The notes: generated by a model not told the origin, from the sequence alone. Counted from the first letter of the stretch, positions 12,546 to 26,839 are shown. The stretch is DNA of 64,000 nt from Octopus vulgaris (GCA_951406725.2 OX597838.1:43400001-43464000); one strand, 5' to 3'. A program made the numbers and translations.

Positions 12546-13204
12546 CTGTTATCTGGTCTTGTTATTAATGATAATAATTCATAATAATTGCGTTAATGGC
12601 AGCAATCATAAAAAAAGCAACAACAACAACAGCATACATAATAACAACAACAAAAAGAAATTAAAAGCAAAATTGAACTCCTGTAAAGAATTTCAAAGCA
12701 ATTGTTACTTGACGGAGAAGGAGAAAGTGTTGTTTAAAAGCAATAACAACGTGAACAGGTGTCATGTTGCGAGGAACAATAAGAACAGCCACAAAAAGTA
12801 TTGGATTGTAAAAGGGATGAGGGAGAGAGAGAGAGAGAGAGGGGGGGCAATCGGTGGATAGACAGTTCACCTGTTATTAGCAGGTATTGTATGGAAGAGA
12901 ATAGGTGTGGTGAAAGAGTTATGATATAGTGAAGGGGGCTGGGGTGAAGCTTAGCAAGACTTATCGGCTGCTGACACATCAATAAACACCTCCATTGACT
13001 CTGTCAGCTGTTGCTAGTTCGTGTGCCATACAGCAAGAGATATGTTACAACCACATACGCTGTTCTATATATATATATATATATATAAAGTTAATCCAAA
13101 CAAGAAAACAAAAAGACAACAACGCGAGGATGTGGAACAAATAAAGTATTATTGGACGCTCAGGAAAGAAGGGAAGAAGGATGTATATGTACACACTCTC
13201 CCTA

Positions 13205-13240
<36 letters not shown>

Positions 13241-13371
13241 CACACACAAACACTCACAGTGATGGCACACATAGATTTACATTTATACGGTCAATCAATC
13301 GTAAAAGTACTTTTGGTACGATTAAAGTTTTTTCCTAATATTTGTTAATTTGAGGAAGAGGGGCCGTTAAG

Positions 13372-13495
13372 GTCCTGTCCCATTAAAACTACGTCCCATT
13401 AACTTCATGTCTCATTAAAGCCATGTCGCATTAGAACTATCCCATTTAAGTTATATCCTATTAAAACTGTCCCATTAAAGTTATCTTTATTAGTA
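13372..13495 (+). repeat. Degenerate ~19-20 bp tandem repeat (GTCCCATTAAAACTAC-like), 6-7 units
   Basis: Recurrent CCCATTAA units. Confidence 0.7.
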
Positions 13496-13794
13496 TTAGA
13501 ATGTATTAGTATGGTCAAAATTTCACCTTACTAATACACTCCCTACTTTTAGGTCACTTTAAATAAAACCCTTGATTCAATAACACTGTGTATAAACTCT
13601 ATACTTGGAATGACCAATTTTAAATGCTATTGGATTTTACTCATAAGGAATTGGAATCTTATATGTATACCATTCTGCCTAAATAATGGATCTACAAATG
13701 CAATATCCTTGCATATCTCACATCTATTTTCACTCCTCCACCTCACTCTCTATTTCGTATCTTATTAACAATTGCTTAACCACCTGCTCACACC

Positions 13795-13842
13795 GTCTCT
13801 GATGAAGGGATGTAAAAAATATCCTAGAAACAGCTGTAAGAC
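13795..13842 (+). ncRNA. Minimal type I hammerhead ribozyme (PLE type)
   Basis: GTCT-CTGATGA-A-GGGAT(loop)ATCCT-A-GAAA-C-AGCT-G-TA/AGAC; palindromic ACAGCTGT stem III; predicted cut after 13838. Confidence 0.8.
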
Positions 13843-13893
13843 CTTCTATTTATAAATGTTCTAAAATCTAAACAGCCTTGATTTTTTATCTCA

Positions 13894-14048
13894 TGGCTGT
13901 GTGGTAGGTAGCTTGTTTACCAACCACATGGTTCCGGGTTCAGTCCCACTGCGTGACACCTTGGGCAAGTGTCTTCTACTTTAGCCTCGGGCCGACCAAA
14001 GCCTTGTGAGTGGATTTGGTAGACGGAAACTGAAAGAAGCCCGCCGTA

Positions 14049-14102
<54 letters not shown>

Positions 14103-14270
14103 GGTGTGTGTGTCAGTGTGTGTCTGTGTGTGTCCCCCTAGCATTGCTTGACAACCGATGCTGGTGTGTTTGTGTCCCCGTTACTTGGCGGTTCGGCACA
14201 GGAGACCGATAGAATAAGTATATGACCGCAGTCAAATGACTGAAACAAGTAAAAGATAAAAGAGAAAAGA
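13894..14270 (+). mobile_element. SINE family B
   Basis: Homology to 9912-10296. Confidence 0.85.
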
Positions 14271-14304
<34 letters not shown>

Positions 14305-14938
14305 CTGACGATGAATGTCCAGAATAACCCGAGAAAAACGTATAAAAAAGTAGCCAAAGGTTTCGCGGATGTTTCCTAATTTCATAAAAAATTTTGCATC
14401 TCAGCTGTTTCAACGGTTAAAGTAGAAACATCATTAATCATATAATTACTTAATTAATATATAAAAATATTTAATTAGTGGAAAATGCGACAAATCCTTA
14501 TTCAGAAAATATAATTGAAACATTTAAATCAAAACGGCTTTTTTGTTATAAATATGACATAAAAGAGAGAGAAAATACATGTCTGTGTATGTATGTGCAT
14601 GTCTGTGTGCATTGTATATATATACATAACTTGACATAAACAAACATACCGTATATATACATGTATATATATGTTTTTTTGTCAAGTTATGTATAAAAAC
14701 ATTTTAACATTAAACTGAAGAGTTACTCCATTCTGTTAAGCAAAGTACGTTTTTGTTCATCTTTCACGTGGATAATGTTGACAGTGACTTCGCAGTTTCA
14801 GCTTGCTTGCTATTCTTAGACTGAAGAAGGCAAGCAAGCCTGGTTGAAAGACGAAGTCTCTCTCCAGATGTACACAGTTGAGAACGTTCCAATCTCTCCT
14901 GCGATACGGTGCGCAATCAGTGCGAATAATCACATGTC

Positions 14939-15225
<287 letters not shown>

Positions 15226-15629
15226 TAGCTGTGTGTGTGTATAAATGTTTTGTTTGTATGTGAAGTTATACAAAAACTATTTAAACTTAAACTGAAGCAC
15301 CTCTCTTTACTTTTAATAGAGTTTATACTTATTAATTTTTGTAAGAAAAAGTTTGAATAGTGATTTCGAAGTTTTGATGGCGGCTTCACACACGCACGCG
15401 CGAACAGAGTTGTCCATCTGCTTAAACAGTGGATAAGATTCCGTGAGTGACCGCGCAAATCAAGATCGCGTAAAGCGAGGCAGAAACTCCTTGACACCAT
15501 CCCGAAGGACACAGTTGTCATCCGCACAACCAGCAAAAAACCTTGAGAACTGGTTTATGATGGTTAGCATATCTCGAACGCCATGTCACCACAGAGCTTG
15601 GATGTACCAGTATGCTATCCTGTCCAAGT

Positions 15630-15935
15630 GAAGGCGCATGGCTCAGTGGTTAGAGCGTCGGGCTCACAATCATGAAGTAGTGAGTTCGATTCCCGGACCG
15701 GGTTGTGTGTTGTGTTTTGGGAGCAAGACACTTTATTTCACGTTGATCCAGTTCACTCAGCTGTAGAAGTGAGTCACTGGTGCCAAGCTGTATCGGCCCC
15801 TTTGCCTTTCCTTGGATAACACCAGTCGCGTGGAGAGGGGAGGCTGGTATGCATGGGTGACTGCTGGTCTTCCATAAACAACCTTGCTCGGACTTGTGCC
15901 TCGGAGGAGAATTTTCGTAACCGAAGAGGGTCCTT
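15630..15935 (+). mobile_element. tRNA-derived SINE, family C
   Basis: GAAGGCGCATGGCTCAGTGGTTAGAGC A box, GTTCGATTCC B box; copy at 39472 and related reverse copies at 45595 and 46042. Confidence 0.8.
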
Positions 15936-15939
15936 TATC

Positions 15940-17830
15940 CTGTCCATGATTTTGTAGTCCCTGTCATTATACGATGTCAGCAGTTAAAACCCTGAAGAAG
16001 AAGATCAGCAGTCTTTTGAAGGTTGGCTTGGCTTGCCAAGGAACCTAAGCTGAATCCTCTGTACCGATCTCTCATCACCTTATGACTTCCATTCAGTGAC
16101 TTCTCATTGGAGTCTGTGGAGTCACGAACAAGAGAAGACATAAAGGGCAATGGTTCTAGGAATTGCAGGAACTGGTCTTGGAGTCTGCAAAGGTTGACAG
16201 TGGAGTGTTGCCAGGGAGTTGCAGATGACAGAGGCACAATTAGGGCAGACGATTCTTGCTGGTAATATGGCAACTTGCCAGATTGTTTACATTTGTACGA
16301 GCTTATGTGAAGTAAATATCTCTTGTGCACTTTTGGGGTGCACAAAGCAATCACTCTCTCGTTCGTTAATTATCCAGATTCTCTACAAGTCGGAAACAAC
16401 AAGACGCAGACGTGAAATATATATATAACTACTTTATTCTCTTTCTTGTTAACAATAACAATAAGTGTGTTATCTGATGTCCTTGATTCGGGCGCGCAAG
16501 GCTGAAAGTTAATAGATTGTAATATTTACAATCTCCAGCCCAAAAACAGAAAGGATTCAAGATGGCGTCGAACAATGGAGACGATGTTGGTCTGCAACAA
16601 TTTTGGTTAAAAGTCTTCGGCCAAAGGACTGCTAGAATCTAATCCTGACGGAGAGAATATATGCGTGACCGTCGCCGTCAATCGCTAAGTCCCAAGTCCC
16701 TGCTTGCTGGACGCTAGCGGTCAAACGTTCTACGACCCCCTTGCCTCGCTAACTGCTACGTAGGCAATAGGGTCGTGCTACCGGTGGTTCGCGCATGCGC
16801 GAGAGGGCCCTTCCTTTCTGTGCCTTGGTGAAGGCACTAACACGCGCGAAATACAAATGGTCGGTGCGCGAGCGCGCACCGTTATAATATCACTACACAT
16901 TAAAGGAAAGCGGCGACAACAACTCTTCCAAGATGACTGTGCAGATGTAGAGGAATGATAGGTTGGTAGAATGGCGGAACTCAGCCAACAAGGAAAGGGG
17001 ACAAGGTGGGCAAATATAGAGAAGCGGAACAGCATTTGATCGGATCTCTGGCAGGTTGATGTCCAGTGCATCGGATTTCTGATTCAGGCTGTCTACGACA
17101 CTTTACCAAGTCGGATAAACCTTCACATATGAGACAAGGGTGAAGACTGAAAGAGGATCCTTTCAACGTTTATTTAGTAGCTGCCCCAAAACCGTAACCG
17201 ATGGCTGCTATCGTTGGCGACATGACCAGATATTCAAGGTGGTCGCAGAGGAAATAACAACAGCCATTAAGTTTGGCAAATACCACGCGAGCCATCACTT
17301 TTCTCAGAGCTCAAGAGTAGCCCAGTTCTGTGAAACACCAACAACTCTGCCTTCTTTCCACAGCCTTAGACTGGCATCTGAGAGTGGATCTCGTTGATCC
17401 ACTGAGGACATCATAACAACGGCACTCTTCCCAAACTTCGTGCTCATCTCAAATTCTACCAAACAGGTGATCATGTTGTTACGTTAAGTTACGCAGAGAG
17501 GAACAAGGAAGAACATTCAGAGGAGAGTGAAGAAAGAAAGCTAACCAAATAGTACAGTAGTACAAAAAGCAAGGCTGGCGGTTAATTTGCGAGGCAGCTG
17601 AAGTGGGTTGCTGTGGTTTTGTGTGGCATTCACTCATCAAGGCACAGAGAAGGCCACCCGATGACTTTGGATAGAGAGGAGAAACTGGTGATTTGTTGAT
17701 ACTGGGATTCGAGCTGGGAGTTGATGAAATCCGACAGGGTCAATTGAGTGAAAGCGACTGATGTCGAAAGATCCAAGATTTTCTAAGATCTCCGAAGCAT
17801 CACAGATGAGGCAACTTAGAACATCCGTAA
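15940..17830 (+). mobile_element. HERO/NeSL-like RLE non-LTR retrotransposon 3' portion, decayed, split by a solo LTR
   Basis: RWLGLPRNLS before the insertion; FLIQAVYDTLPS, SSCPKTVTDGCYRWRHDQIFKVVA, DWHLRVDL after it. Confidence 0.65.
16306..16897 (-). mobile_element. Probable solo LTR
   Basis: TGTAGTGAT...TTCACA termini on minus strand, internal AATAAA, diverged copy at 21382-21961; no clean TSD. Confidence 0.65.
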
Positions 17831-18164
17831 GATGTCTTGGAGCAAATTAGCAAAAGGCACCAACGAAATTGACAAGTTCAGAACGGCACTGATTTATTTG
17901 TACAATATGCAAATTATTCCATCTCGAATCAAAGATCTGTAAATGGGCATTTGATGGAGTAACAGAACCACTGGGCACACCACATCTCCAACAGCAGAGG
18001 ATTTATATTTCCTCTCTATCAGAGGGACGGTGTTAAACACATGGGAATTCTCCACCAATAGATTTTCTTTCGAAAATGGCTGCATCTGTTCTAAATAAAT
18101 ATTTTCAACGCGCAGTCAGTTCCACAGACCATGCTTTATAGGTATGTATTCTTTTGTTCTTGTA

Positions 18165-18424
18165 CTTTTCTTACTTGTTTCAGTCATTTGATTGCGGCCA
18201 TGCTGGAGCAACGCATTTAGTCGGGCAAGTCGAACCCAGGACTTATTCTTTGTAAGCCTAGTACTTATTCTATCGGTCTGTTTTGCCGAAACGCTAGACT
18301 ACGGGGACTTAAACTCACAGGCATCGGCTGTCAAGCGATGTTGGGGGCACAAACATACACACAAACATACATACATACATACATACATACATACATACAT
18401 ACATACATGCATATATATATATAT

Positions 18425-18494
<70 letters not shown>

Positions 18495-18657
18495 CGACGG
18501 GCTTCTTTCAGTTTTCGTCTACTAAATCCACTCAAAAGACTTTGGTCGGCCCGAGGCTATAGCAGGAGACACTTGCCCAAGGTGCCACGCAGTGGGACTG
18601 AACCCGGAGCCATTTGGTTGGTAAGCAAGCTACTTACCACACAATCACTCCTGCGCC
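18165..18657 (-). mobile_element. SINE family B with expanded internal microsatellite
   Basis: Reverse complement of 9912-10296 family. Confidence 0.85.
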
Positions 18658-18663
18658 TATATA

Positions 18664-18725
<62 letters not shown>

Positions 18726-18777
18726 GTAAGATAGGGGTTATGAATGTAGCCCACTATGGGATATATATATATATATA

Positions 18778-18811
<34 letters not shown>

Positions 18812-18952
18812 CATACATACATACATACATACATACATACATACATACATACACACATAGACACAGACTCACACACATATACATAGAATTATATAAATAC
18901 TTATGTATATGTATGTATGAATATATGTATGTATCTCTCTCATTCTCTCTCT

Positions 18953-19058
<106 letters not shown>

Positions 19059-19140
19059 TGTGTGTGTGACCATATATCTTAAGAATGTAAGAACATGATA
19101 TTTTGGGGCAGCTGCTGTGTGTGTGTTTGTGTGTGTGTGT

Positions 19141-19193
<53 letters not shown>

Positions 19194-19518
19194 CGTGCCA
19201 GCGTGCGTGTTTACTGAGCCCTGTGTAGCCATTGATCACCAGTCACTTGTCCTCATCAATCTCTCTCGATCCGATTCGACTTATTGATTTTATCCCTGCA
19301 GTTCTTAACAAACCAGGCAAGCTGTCAGTCAGCAATGAACCGACGGCCCAGTGGAAGGAACAGGTGGGGTCCACATGAGCGCAGAATGCACTAAATACGT
19401 CCACCTGTTGGGAGATGGGCGGACCCTGCAAAAATGATGAACTCTTGCGGGGTTGGGTGGAAATGCATTGGAGTGAAACGATAAAGCTTCCCAGACTGGA
19501 GACACACACACACACACG

Positions 19519-19621
<103 letters not shown>

Positions 19622-20064
19622 GGAACAAATGCTCACGCTCATTATATATATATATATTTATCAATATCTATCTAACTAGCTAAGTATGTATCCATATCCA
19701 TCTATTTAACTAGTTAGCTCTCTCTCGCTCTCTTATTCTCTCTCTCTTTTCCTCTCTCTCTCCCTTTATGTATGTATGTATCTAACTAAATATCTGCCTG
19801 TCTGCCTGCCTGCCTGCCTGTCTGTCTGCCTGCCTGCCTGCCTGCCCGCCTGCCTGCCTGCCTGTCTGTCTGTCTTTCTATCTATCTATCTTACGTCCTC
19901 GTAACCTAGCGACTTAGCAAAAAAAGACCGATAGAATAAGTACTAGGCTTACAAAGAATAATTCCTGGGGCCGATTTGTTCAACTAACAGTGGTGCTCCA
20001 GCATGGCCGCAGTCAAATGACTGAAAGAAGTAAAAGAAAAAAGATGATTTATTATTATTCTGTT

Positions 20065-20463
20065 CTACTCTAGGCACAAGGCCTGAAATTTTGGGGGAGG
20101 CGGGGGCCAGTCGATTAGATCGACCTCAGTACGAAACTGGTACAAAATTTATCGAACTCGAAACGATGAAAGGCAAAGTCGACCTCGGCGGGATTTGAAC
20201 TCAGAACGTAAAGACAGACGAATGATCGATGATTTTTATTTGGAATTAAGGTGGCGAGCTGGCTGAATCGTTAACGTACCGGAAAAAAAGTGTTTGCGGC
20301 ATTTCTTCTGACTCTTGGTTCTGAGATCAAATGCCGCCGGGGTCGACTTTGTCTTTCGTCCTCTCGGGGTCGATAAATTAAGTACCAGTTGAGAGCAAGG
20401 GTTGATATAATCGACTTTGCCCCTCGCCCGAAATTGCTGGCCTTGTGCCAAAATTTGAAATCA
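20065..20463. mobile_element. Two SINE family D copies in opposite orientation
   Basis: 20065-20220 (-) and 20250-20463 (+) share GTCGACTTTG(C/T)CTTTC..CGATAAATT..GTACCAGTT core. Confidence 0.7.
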
Positions 20464-20850
20464 TTATTATTATTATTTGGAATTTCAAAGTTCCACTTCA
20501 GCGTAAAGACATAAGTTTAGTAGTCAAAGAATGTCAAAACTAATTAAAACAACGATATTGACAGGCTGGACCGTCAAAGGTGAGAATGTGCTTATCTTTG
20601 GAATTCCAATTATTTTCAAAGGCACCTCATTTAAATATAAAAGGGTTAAAAGTTAGAGATGGCAGGGGTTATGGCCAGAGAATTCTTGCCTTTCCCACGA
20701 CCGGATTGTCTGTCGTCGCAATTTCACGAATCTGAACACAAAATCGCTTCAGTTTCTCCTCAAGGGACCAAACACAAACAACATTGTTTAATATCACGCA
20801 TTTTTGTGACATTCACTCACAACACACACACACATGCACACACATACGCA

Positions 20851-20891
<41 letters not shown>

Positions 20892-20977
20892 ATGTTTATG
20901 TATATACATATGCGTATATGAGTGTACATGTACTCACACACGTATGTATATGTATATACATGAGTATGTAAGGGTGT

Positions 20978-21300
20978 GGAGGCGCAATGGCCCGGTGGTT
21001 AGGGTAGCGGACTCACGGTGGTAGGATCGCGGTTTCAATTCCTAGACCGGGCGTTGTGAGTGTTTATTGGGTGAAAATACCTAAACCTCCACGGGGCTCC
21101 GGCAGGGGCTGGGGGTGGTGATCCCTGCTTTACTCTTTCGCCACAACTTTCTTTCACTCTTTCTTCCTGTTTCTATCGTACCCGTATTTCAAAGGGGCCA
21201 GCCTTGTGTCACACTCTGTGTCACATGGAATCTCCCCGAGAACTACGTTAAGGGTACACGTGTCTGTGGAGTGCTCAGTCACTGGCACGTTAATTTCACT
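20978..21300 (+). mobile_element. tRNA-derived SINE, family A
   Basis: Same head as 1641. Confidence 0.8.
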
Positions 21301-21381
21301 ATATATATATGCCCCAGCATGGCCTCAGCCGGATGGCTGAAACAAGTAAAAGAGTAAAAGAGTAATATATATATATATATA

Positions 21382-21961
21382 TGTAGTGATCCTATAACGG
21401 CGCGCGCTCGCGCACCGTCCATTTGTATTTCGCGCGTGTTGGTGCCTTTACGAAGGCAGAGAGAGGAAGGGCCCTCTCGCGCATGCGCGAAGCACCGGAA
21501 GAAGAACCCTTTTGCCTACGTAGCAGTTAGCCGAGGCAAGGGGGTCGTAAGACGTTGACCACCAGCGTCCAGCAGCAGCGGCGACTTGGGACAGCTGCGA
21601 CCGAAGGAGACGGACATGTATTCTCGCTGTCCAGCTTTGATAGCAGTCGGCCGAAAGCTTTTAACCAAATTGTTGCCGACCACATTCAACTTCCTTGTTC
21701 GACGCCATCTTGAACCCGTTCTGGTTTTAGCGGCTGAATATTGTAAATATTACAATCGATTAACTTTCAGCCTTGCGCGCCCCGAACCAAGGACATCAGA
21801 TAACCACTTATTGTTATTGTTACCAAGAAAGAGAATAAAGTAGTATATATATATTTTACGTCTGCGTCTTGTTGTTTCTGACTGGTAGAATTGTGGATTA
21901 TTAAAGCAACGGCTAGTGATACCTTTCTTGTACCCCGAAAGTACAAGAGAAGATATTCACA
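21382..21961 (+). mobile_element. Probable solo LTR
   Basis: TG...CA termini, AATAAA near 21834, homologous to 16306-16897. Confidence 0.65.
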
Positions 21962-22458
21962 CTCAAACTAAGTTCGTTACATATATATACGCACACACAC
22001 ACACGTATATGTGTGTATGAATATTTATGTAAGTATGTACGTACGAATGTATGTATGTATAATACACGCGCGTATAAAGTATTTCAACGCTAAATCGAAT
22101 GAAATTCTCGAAATAAGCTCCTGCTAGCATATTAGATGTATACACGCGATGAGGTTCGTAAACCTCCCGGTGTAGCTACGCTTCTGTAACGTCATCTTAT
22201 TGGTAAGGTTTCCTCATGACGTCGCCTACACTTCAGGGAGGAAACTTAGAAAGAACTGACCCCCCCTCCCACACCACAAATATATTTATATACACCCAAA
22301 CACATTCATACACACGAATACACACACACTCCCACTTCCCTCTCTTCACGCACACATATTCATGCGTGTAGCATGTAACATGATGTATAACATGTATGCA
22401 TCTGTGTTTGCGCGCGCGTTTTGAGTGTGTGTGTGTGTGTGTTCTACGTATATTTGCA

Positions 22459-22494
<36 letters not shown>

Positions 22495-22596
22495 ACGAAT
22501 GTATGTATAAAGGTACGTACATATGTGTAATAAAGATATACATACGTATATATATAGGTATTTACATATATGTGTGTGTATATATATATATATATG

Positions 22597-22672
<76 letters not shown>

Positions 22673-22682
22673 TATATATATA

Positions 22683-23078
22683 TGGCTGTGTGGTAAGTAG
22701 CTTGCTAACCAACCACATGGTTCCGGGTTCAGTCCCACTGCGTGGCATCTTGGGCAAGTGTCTTCTGCTATAGCCCCGGGCCGACCAATGCCTTGTAAGT
22801 GGATTTGGTAGACGGAAACTGAAAGAAGCCTGTCGTATATATGTATATATATATATGTGTGTGTGTGTGTGTTTGTGTGTCTGTGTTTGTCCCCCTTTCA
22901 TTGCTGGTGTGTTTACGTCCCCGTCACTTAGCGGTTCGGCAAAAGAGACCGAGAGAATAAGTACTGGGCTTACAAAGAATAAGTCCCGGGGCCGATGTGC
23001 TCGACTAAAAGGCGGTGCTCCAGCATGGCCGCAGTCAAATGACTGAAACAAGTGAAAGAGTAAAAGAGTAAAAGAGTA
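22683..23078 (+). mobile_element. SINE family B
   Basis: Homology to 9912-10296. Confidence 0.85.
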
Positions 23079-23091
23079 GAGTATATATACA

Positions 23092-23169
<78 letters not shown>

Positions 23170-23236
23170 TATACATATATATATACATATACAAATATAT
23201 ATATATATATACATATATGTGTGTATATATATATGT

Positions 23237-23303
<67 letters not shown>

Positions 23304-23344
23304 AAATAGAAACTCCATTTCTTCAATTCACTATATATATATAT

Positions 23345-23866
23345 ATCAACAATTGAGGGAAAAATTAATTAATTAATCAATTTCACCAAGTGTTCAGTAT
23401 GTAAAAGGACCATTTAAGGCGAATTCAAAATATTACATTATATAATTAGGGCTTAGTAAAATAAATTACTCTGCCACATACTGAACTTAGTAGAAATAGC
23501 AGCCAAAAAATTTGTTGACACTGTTAGTTTGGAGTGGTTCATCTGAAGCGACAAGTTCGCTGATAGGTAAAGTTCCTTCTTTTTAGTGTTTCCAAATCCA
23601 AATTAAGAAATTTTGAGCTGACGAAAGAAATGCTGATTTTATTTGGCTAATCTTGAAACGTTGACGTACTCAAACGATCTATGTACTTGTGATATTTTTC
23701 TGTATTTACCTCCAAACCTTCGTGAGCTGTCTGGAGTAAACATTATCTGAGAGAAATTTTCTTTAAGTAGTAGAAATGCTAAGAAAATTTTTTTTGGCTG
23801 CTATTTCTACTAAGTTCAGTATGTGGCAGAGTAATTTATTTTACTAAGCCCTAATTATATAATGTT
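23345..23866. mobile_element. Non-coding inverted-repeat element carrying a hammerhead, inserted in (TA)n
   Basis: Perfect 76 bp arms 23435-23510 / 23790-23865; (TA)n on both sides. Confidence 0.8.
23612..23674 (+). ncRNA. Complete type I hammerhead ribozyme
   Basis: TTTGAG-CTGACGA-AAGA..TCTT-GAAA-CG(TTGA)CG-TA/CTCAAA; all core residues present, 6 bp stem I, predicted cut after 23668. Confidence 0.85.
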
Positions 23867-23898
23867 ATATATATATATATATATATACATACGTATAC

Positions 23899-23957
<59 letters not shown>

Positions 23958-23965
23958 CGTATACG

Positions 23966-24006
<41 letters not shown>

Positions 24007-24014
24007 GCACAAGC

Positions 24015-24407
24015 AAGTAATGTTCGCGTAGCTACGTCAACATGGCTGTTTCGTTCGAACGGACCTTATTACGATCTTTTGACCCCAAGAGGACATCTCT
24101 TCTGGCTGGTTAATGATGCATAACTGGCTCCGATATATTGCTAGCAAGGGGACGAACCCCTACCACCTTCGAGCGACGAGAGCAGAGTAACAGTCTGGTT
24201 TCGGACTATTTCTGTCTCTCCTCAGTACTAGACCCTTCGTCTGCTAGAGATGGCAGTAGCTCACCTCTGCTCGCATCGTATACAAATTGAATCGGAGCCA
24301 GTTATGCATCGTTAACCAGCTCGAAGAGATGTCCTCTTGGGGTCAAAAAATTGCAGTAAATTTCGCTTGAACGGGACAGCTATGTCGAAGTGGTTACGAA
24401 CATTACT
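24015..24407. mobile_element. Foldback/MITE-like element with ~120 bp inverted arms
   Basis: 24015-24134 vs 24292-24407, e.g. TTTTGACCCCAAGAGGACATCTCTTC / GAAGAGATGTCCTCTTGGGGTCAAAA. Confidence 0.8.
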
Positions 24408-24459
24408 AGTACAACCACTGCGATCATTTTAGAAGTCTCTTTTTAGCTTACACACGCGC

Positions 24460-24515
<56 letters not shown>

Positions 24516-24519
24516 TTTC

Positions 24520-24922
24520 TTTTCTTTTTTTTTTATTTGTTTCAGTCATTTGATTGCGGCCATGTTGGAACAGTGTCTCAAAGGGTTTTAGTCGAGGAAA
24601 TCAACCCCAAGACTTATTCTTTGTACGCCTAGTACTTATTCTATCGGTGTCTTTTGCCGAACCGCTAAGTTATTGAGCCATAAACACACCAACATCGGTT
24701 GTCACGCGATGGTGGGTGAACGAACACAAATACAAAGACACACAAACACATACATATATATAAATACGACGAGCTTCTTTCAGTTTCCGTCTACCAAATC
24801 CACTCACAAGGCTTTGGTCGACCTGAGGACATAGTAGAAGACACTTTCTCAAGATGCCACGTAGTGGGACTGAACCTAGAACCATGTGGTTGGGAAGCAA
24901 GCTTCTTAGCACACAGCCACTC
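24520..24922 (-). mobile_element. SINE family B
   Basis: Reverse-complement homology. Confidence 0.8.
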
Positions 24923-25059
24923 CTCTTCAGTTTGCGTCTGTGAGATGGTAGACCAGGTGGTTCAAAGCTATTGAGATACTTGTTAAGGATAGTTTACTAC
25001 TTGTTTGGTGAAGGAAGTTCAAAAGATTATCGATAAATCTTTAAAATTTCATTGCCATC

Positions 25060-25680
25060 CACTTGTTTAATAATTTCTTGATTGATCACGTTATAGCTTG
25101 TTGGCGAGAAGCGGATATTGATATTTCACCAGTATCGCGGGAGTAGCTAACCTTAACGTTGTGGCTATTAAAGAGTTTACGATACTGATGGTTCCTTGAG
25201 AAATGCTATCTAATTAGGAACAGGGAACTTCTGGTGGAAACATCTATACAACATGGAGGATTGAACCAAATGGCTTTCCTTTTCTTACTTTCTTCAGGTT
25301 TGGCGTGGGGGATCCTCCGTTTACAGCAACATCAGTAAAACTATTCCTCGCTAGTGCTTCGTTATAAATGAGGGCAGCCAAGGTGAAGTCTTTTCTTTCT
25401 TGCGATTTATTGGAGATTCGTCGACTGAAAACTGTGACTAGGTTCCTAATTATATCAGGTGGTTGATTGGGGATTCTACGGATGCGAACAGTTTCCTCAG
25501 TATTTTTCTGTAGGGATAAGCATTTGTCGTCTGTCATGAGGTCGTCTAGGGTGATATCCAAGAAGACAGTCTTGGTTAGGTCGGTGATGATAGTCATACT
25601 CAGGCAGAATCTTTTGAAGGTATGTTTATAAGATTCTTTGTGAATTTATCCATGACGTAGGCGTTCATATTGCTCCTAAA
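25060..25680 (-). mobile_element. Penelope-like element RT C-terminal fragment, decayed
   Basis: VFLDITLD, NQPPDIIRNL...RRISN, WFNPP, NHQYRKLFNSHNVKVSYS typical of PLE RT thumb/linker. Confidence 0.8.
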
Positions 25681-26435
25681 AAATCTGGGGCAACGGTAAA
25701 AAGAAAAACTATGTAGGGAAAAAAATTGTACCAAGATGATTTAAGAGTAAACCTTATACATGAGTGCAACATGTACACATTATATACATACATAGAAGTT
25801 CTCTTTTTGTCTTAGATTTAGAATACATTTTGACCGGCCATCTGCTTGGTAGCAAAATTGCGAAGGAAAGCGTATTGTTTCGTTCATCATCCTTCAAATC
25901 TTAAGAAAGTCTTGCAGATTTTTATTGTCCCACATATCGCGATCATTTGTAGCATTTGAATTAAGGATTTGCGTTCTCTTCCCAAGAGTTCAATTTCAGT
26001 CGTACTTTGCTCCAGACGGGTCGGTAGGTATCCTGTTGTTCCAGTAATAATTGGTAAAAAGCTGAAAGTGCATCTTGGATACGGGATTTGCGAACTGTAC
26101 GTATGTATGAATGTATGTATGCGTGTATGTATGTAGGTATACATTCATGCATGTATGTATAAATGACAGCATGCATGCATGTATATATGTATGCATGCAT
26201 GTATGTATGTATTATGTATTATGTATGTATGTATGCATATATGTAGGTACGTACGCATGCATATATGTATACCTGCATGTAAGTGTGTACTCATGTGTGT
26301 ACACATGCATGTATATATGTATGTATGTATGCATGCATTTACGTATATATGTATGTATGTATGCATGCATGCACGTAAGTATGTATGTATGCATGTGTGT
26401 TTGTATGTGCGTACGTATGTATGCATGCATATATG

Positions 26436-26469
<34 letters not shown>

Positions 26470-26762
26470 TGTATGTATGTATGTATGTATGTATACAGTA
26501 AATGTTCGTCTCTGATTCTACTAGTAATTCTACCACACTAATACTTGACATATTTTAATTAATCTTTTTGAAAACGAAGGAAAAGAGAAGAAACAAATGG
26601 TCAAAATGAAAAACACGAAAATCAGGTTTACTTGCCAAACTTGTTTTTGTTTACAACAAACAATAACAACAACACCACCACCAACAACAAAAAAATGATT
26701 AAAAATAGTGAAAATACATCCGAGAGTACAATAGTTTCTCTCTAGACAATCCTACAAAGTTG

Positions 26763-26839
<77 letters not shown>

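Noticed and set aside
22140-22250. Promoter-like cluster (ATTGG, TGACGTCG, TAACGTCA)
   Set aside because: Short motifs with no linked exon; cannot be supported from sequence alone
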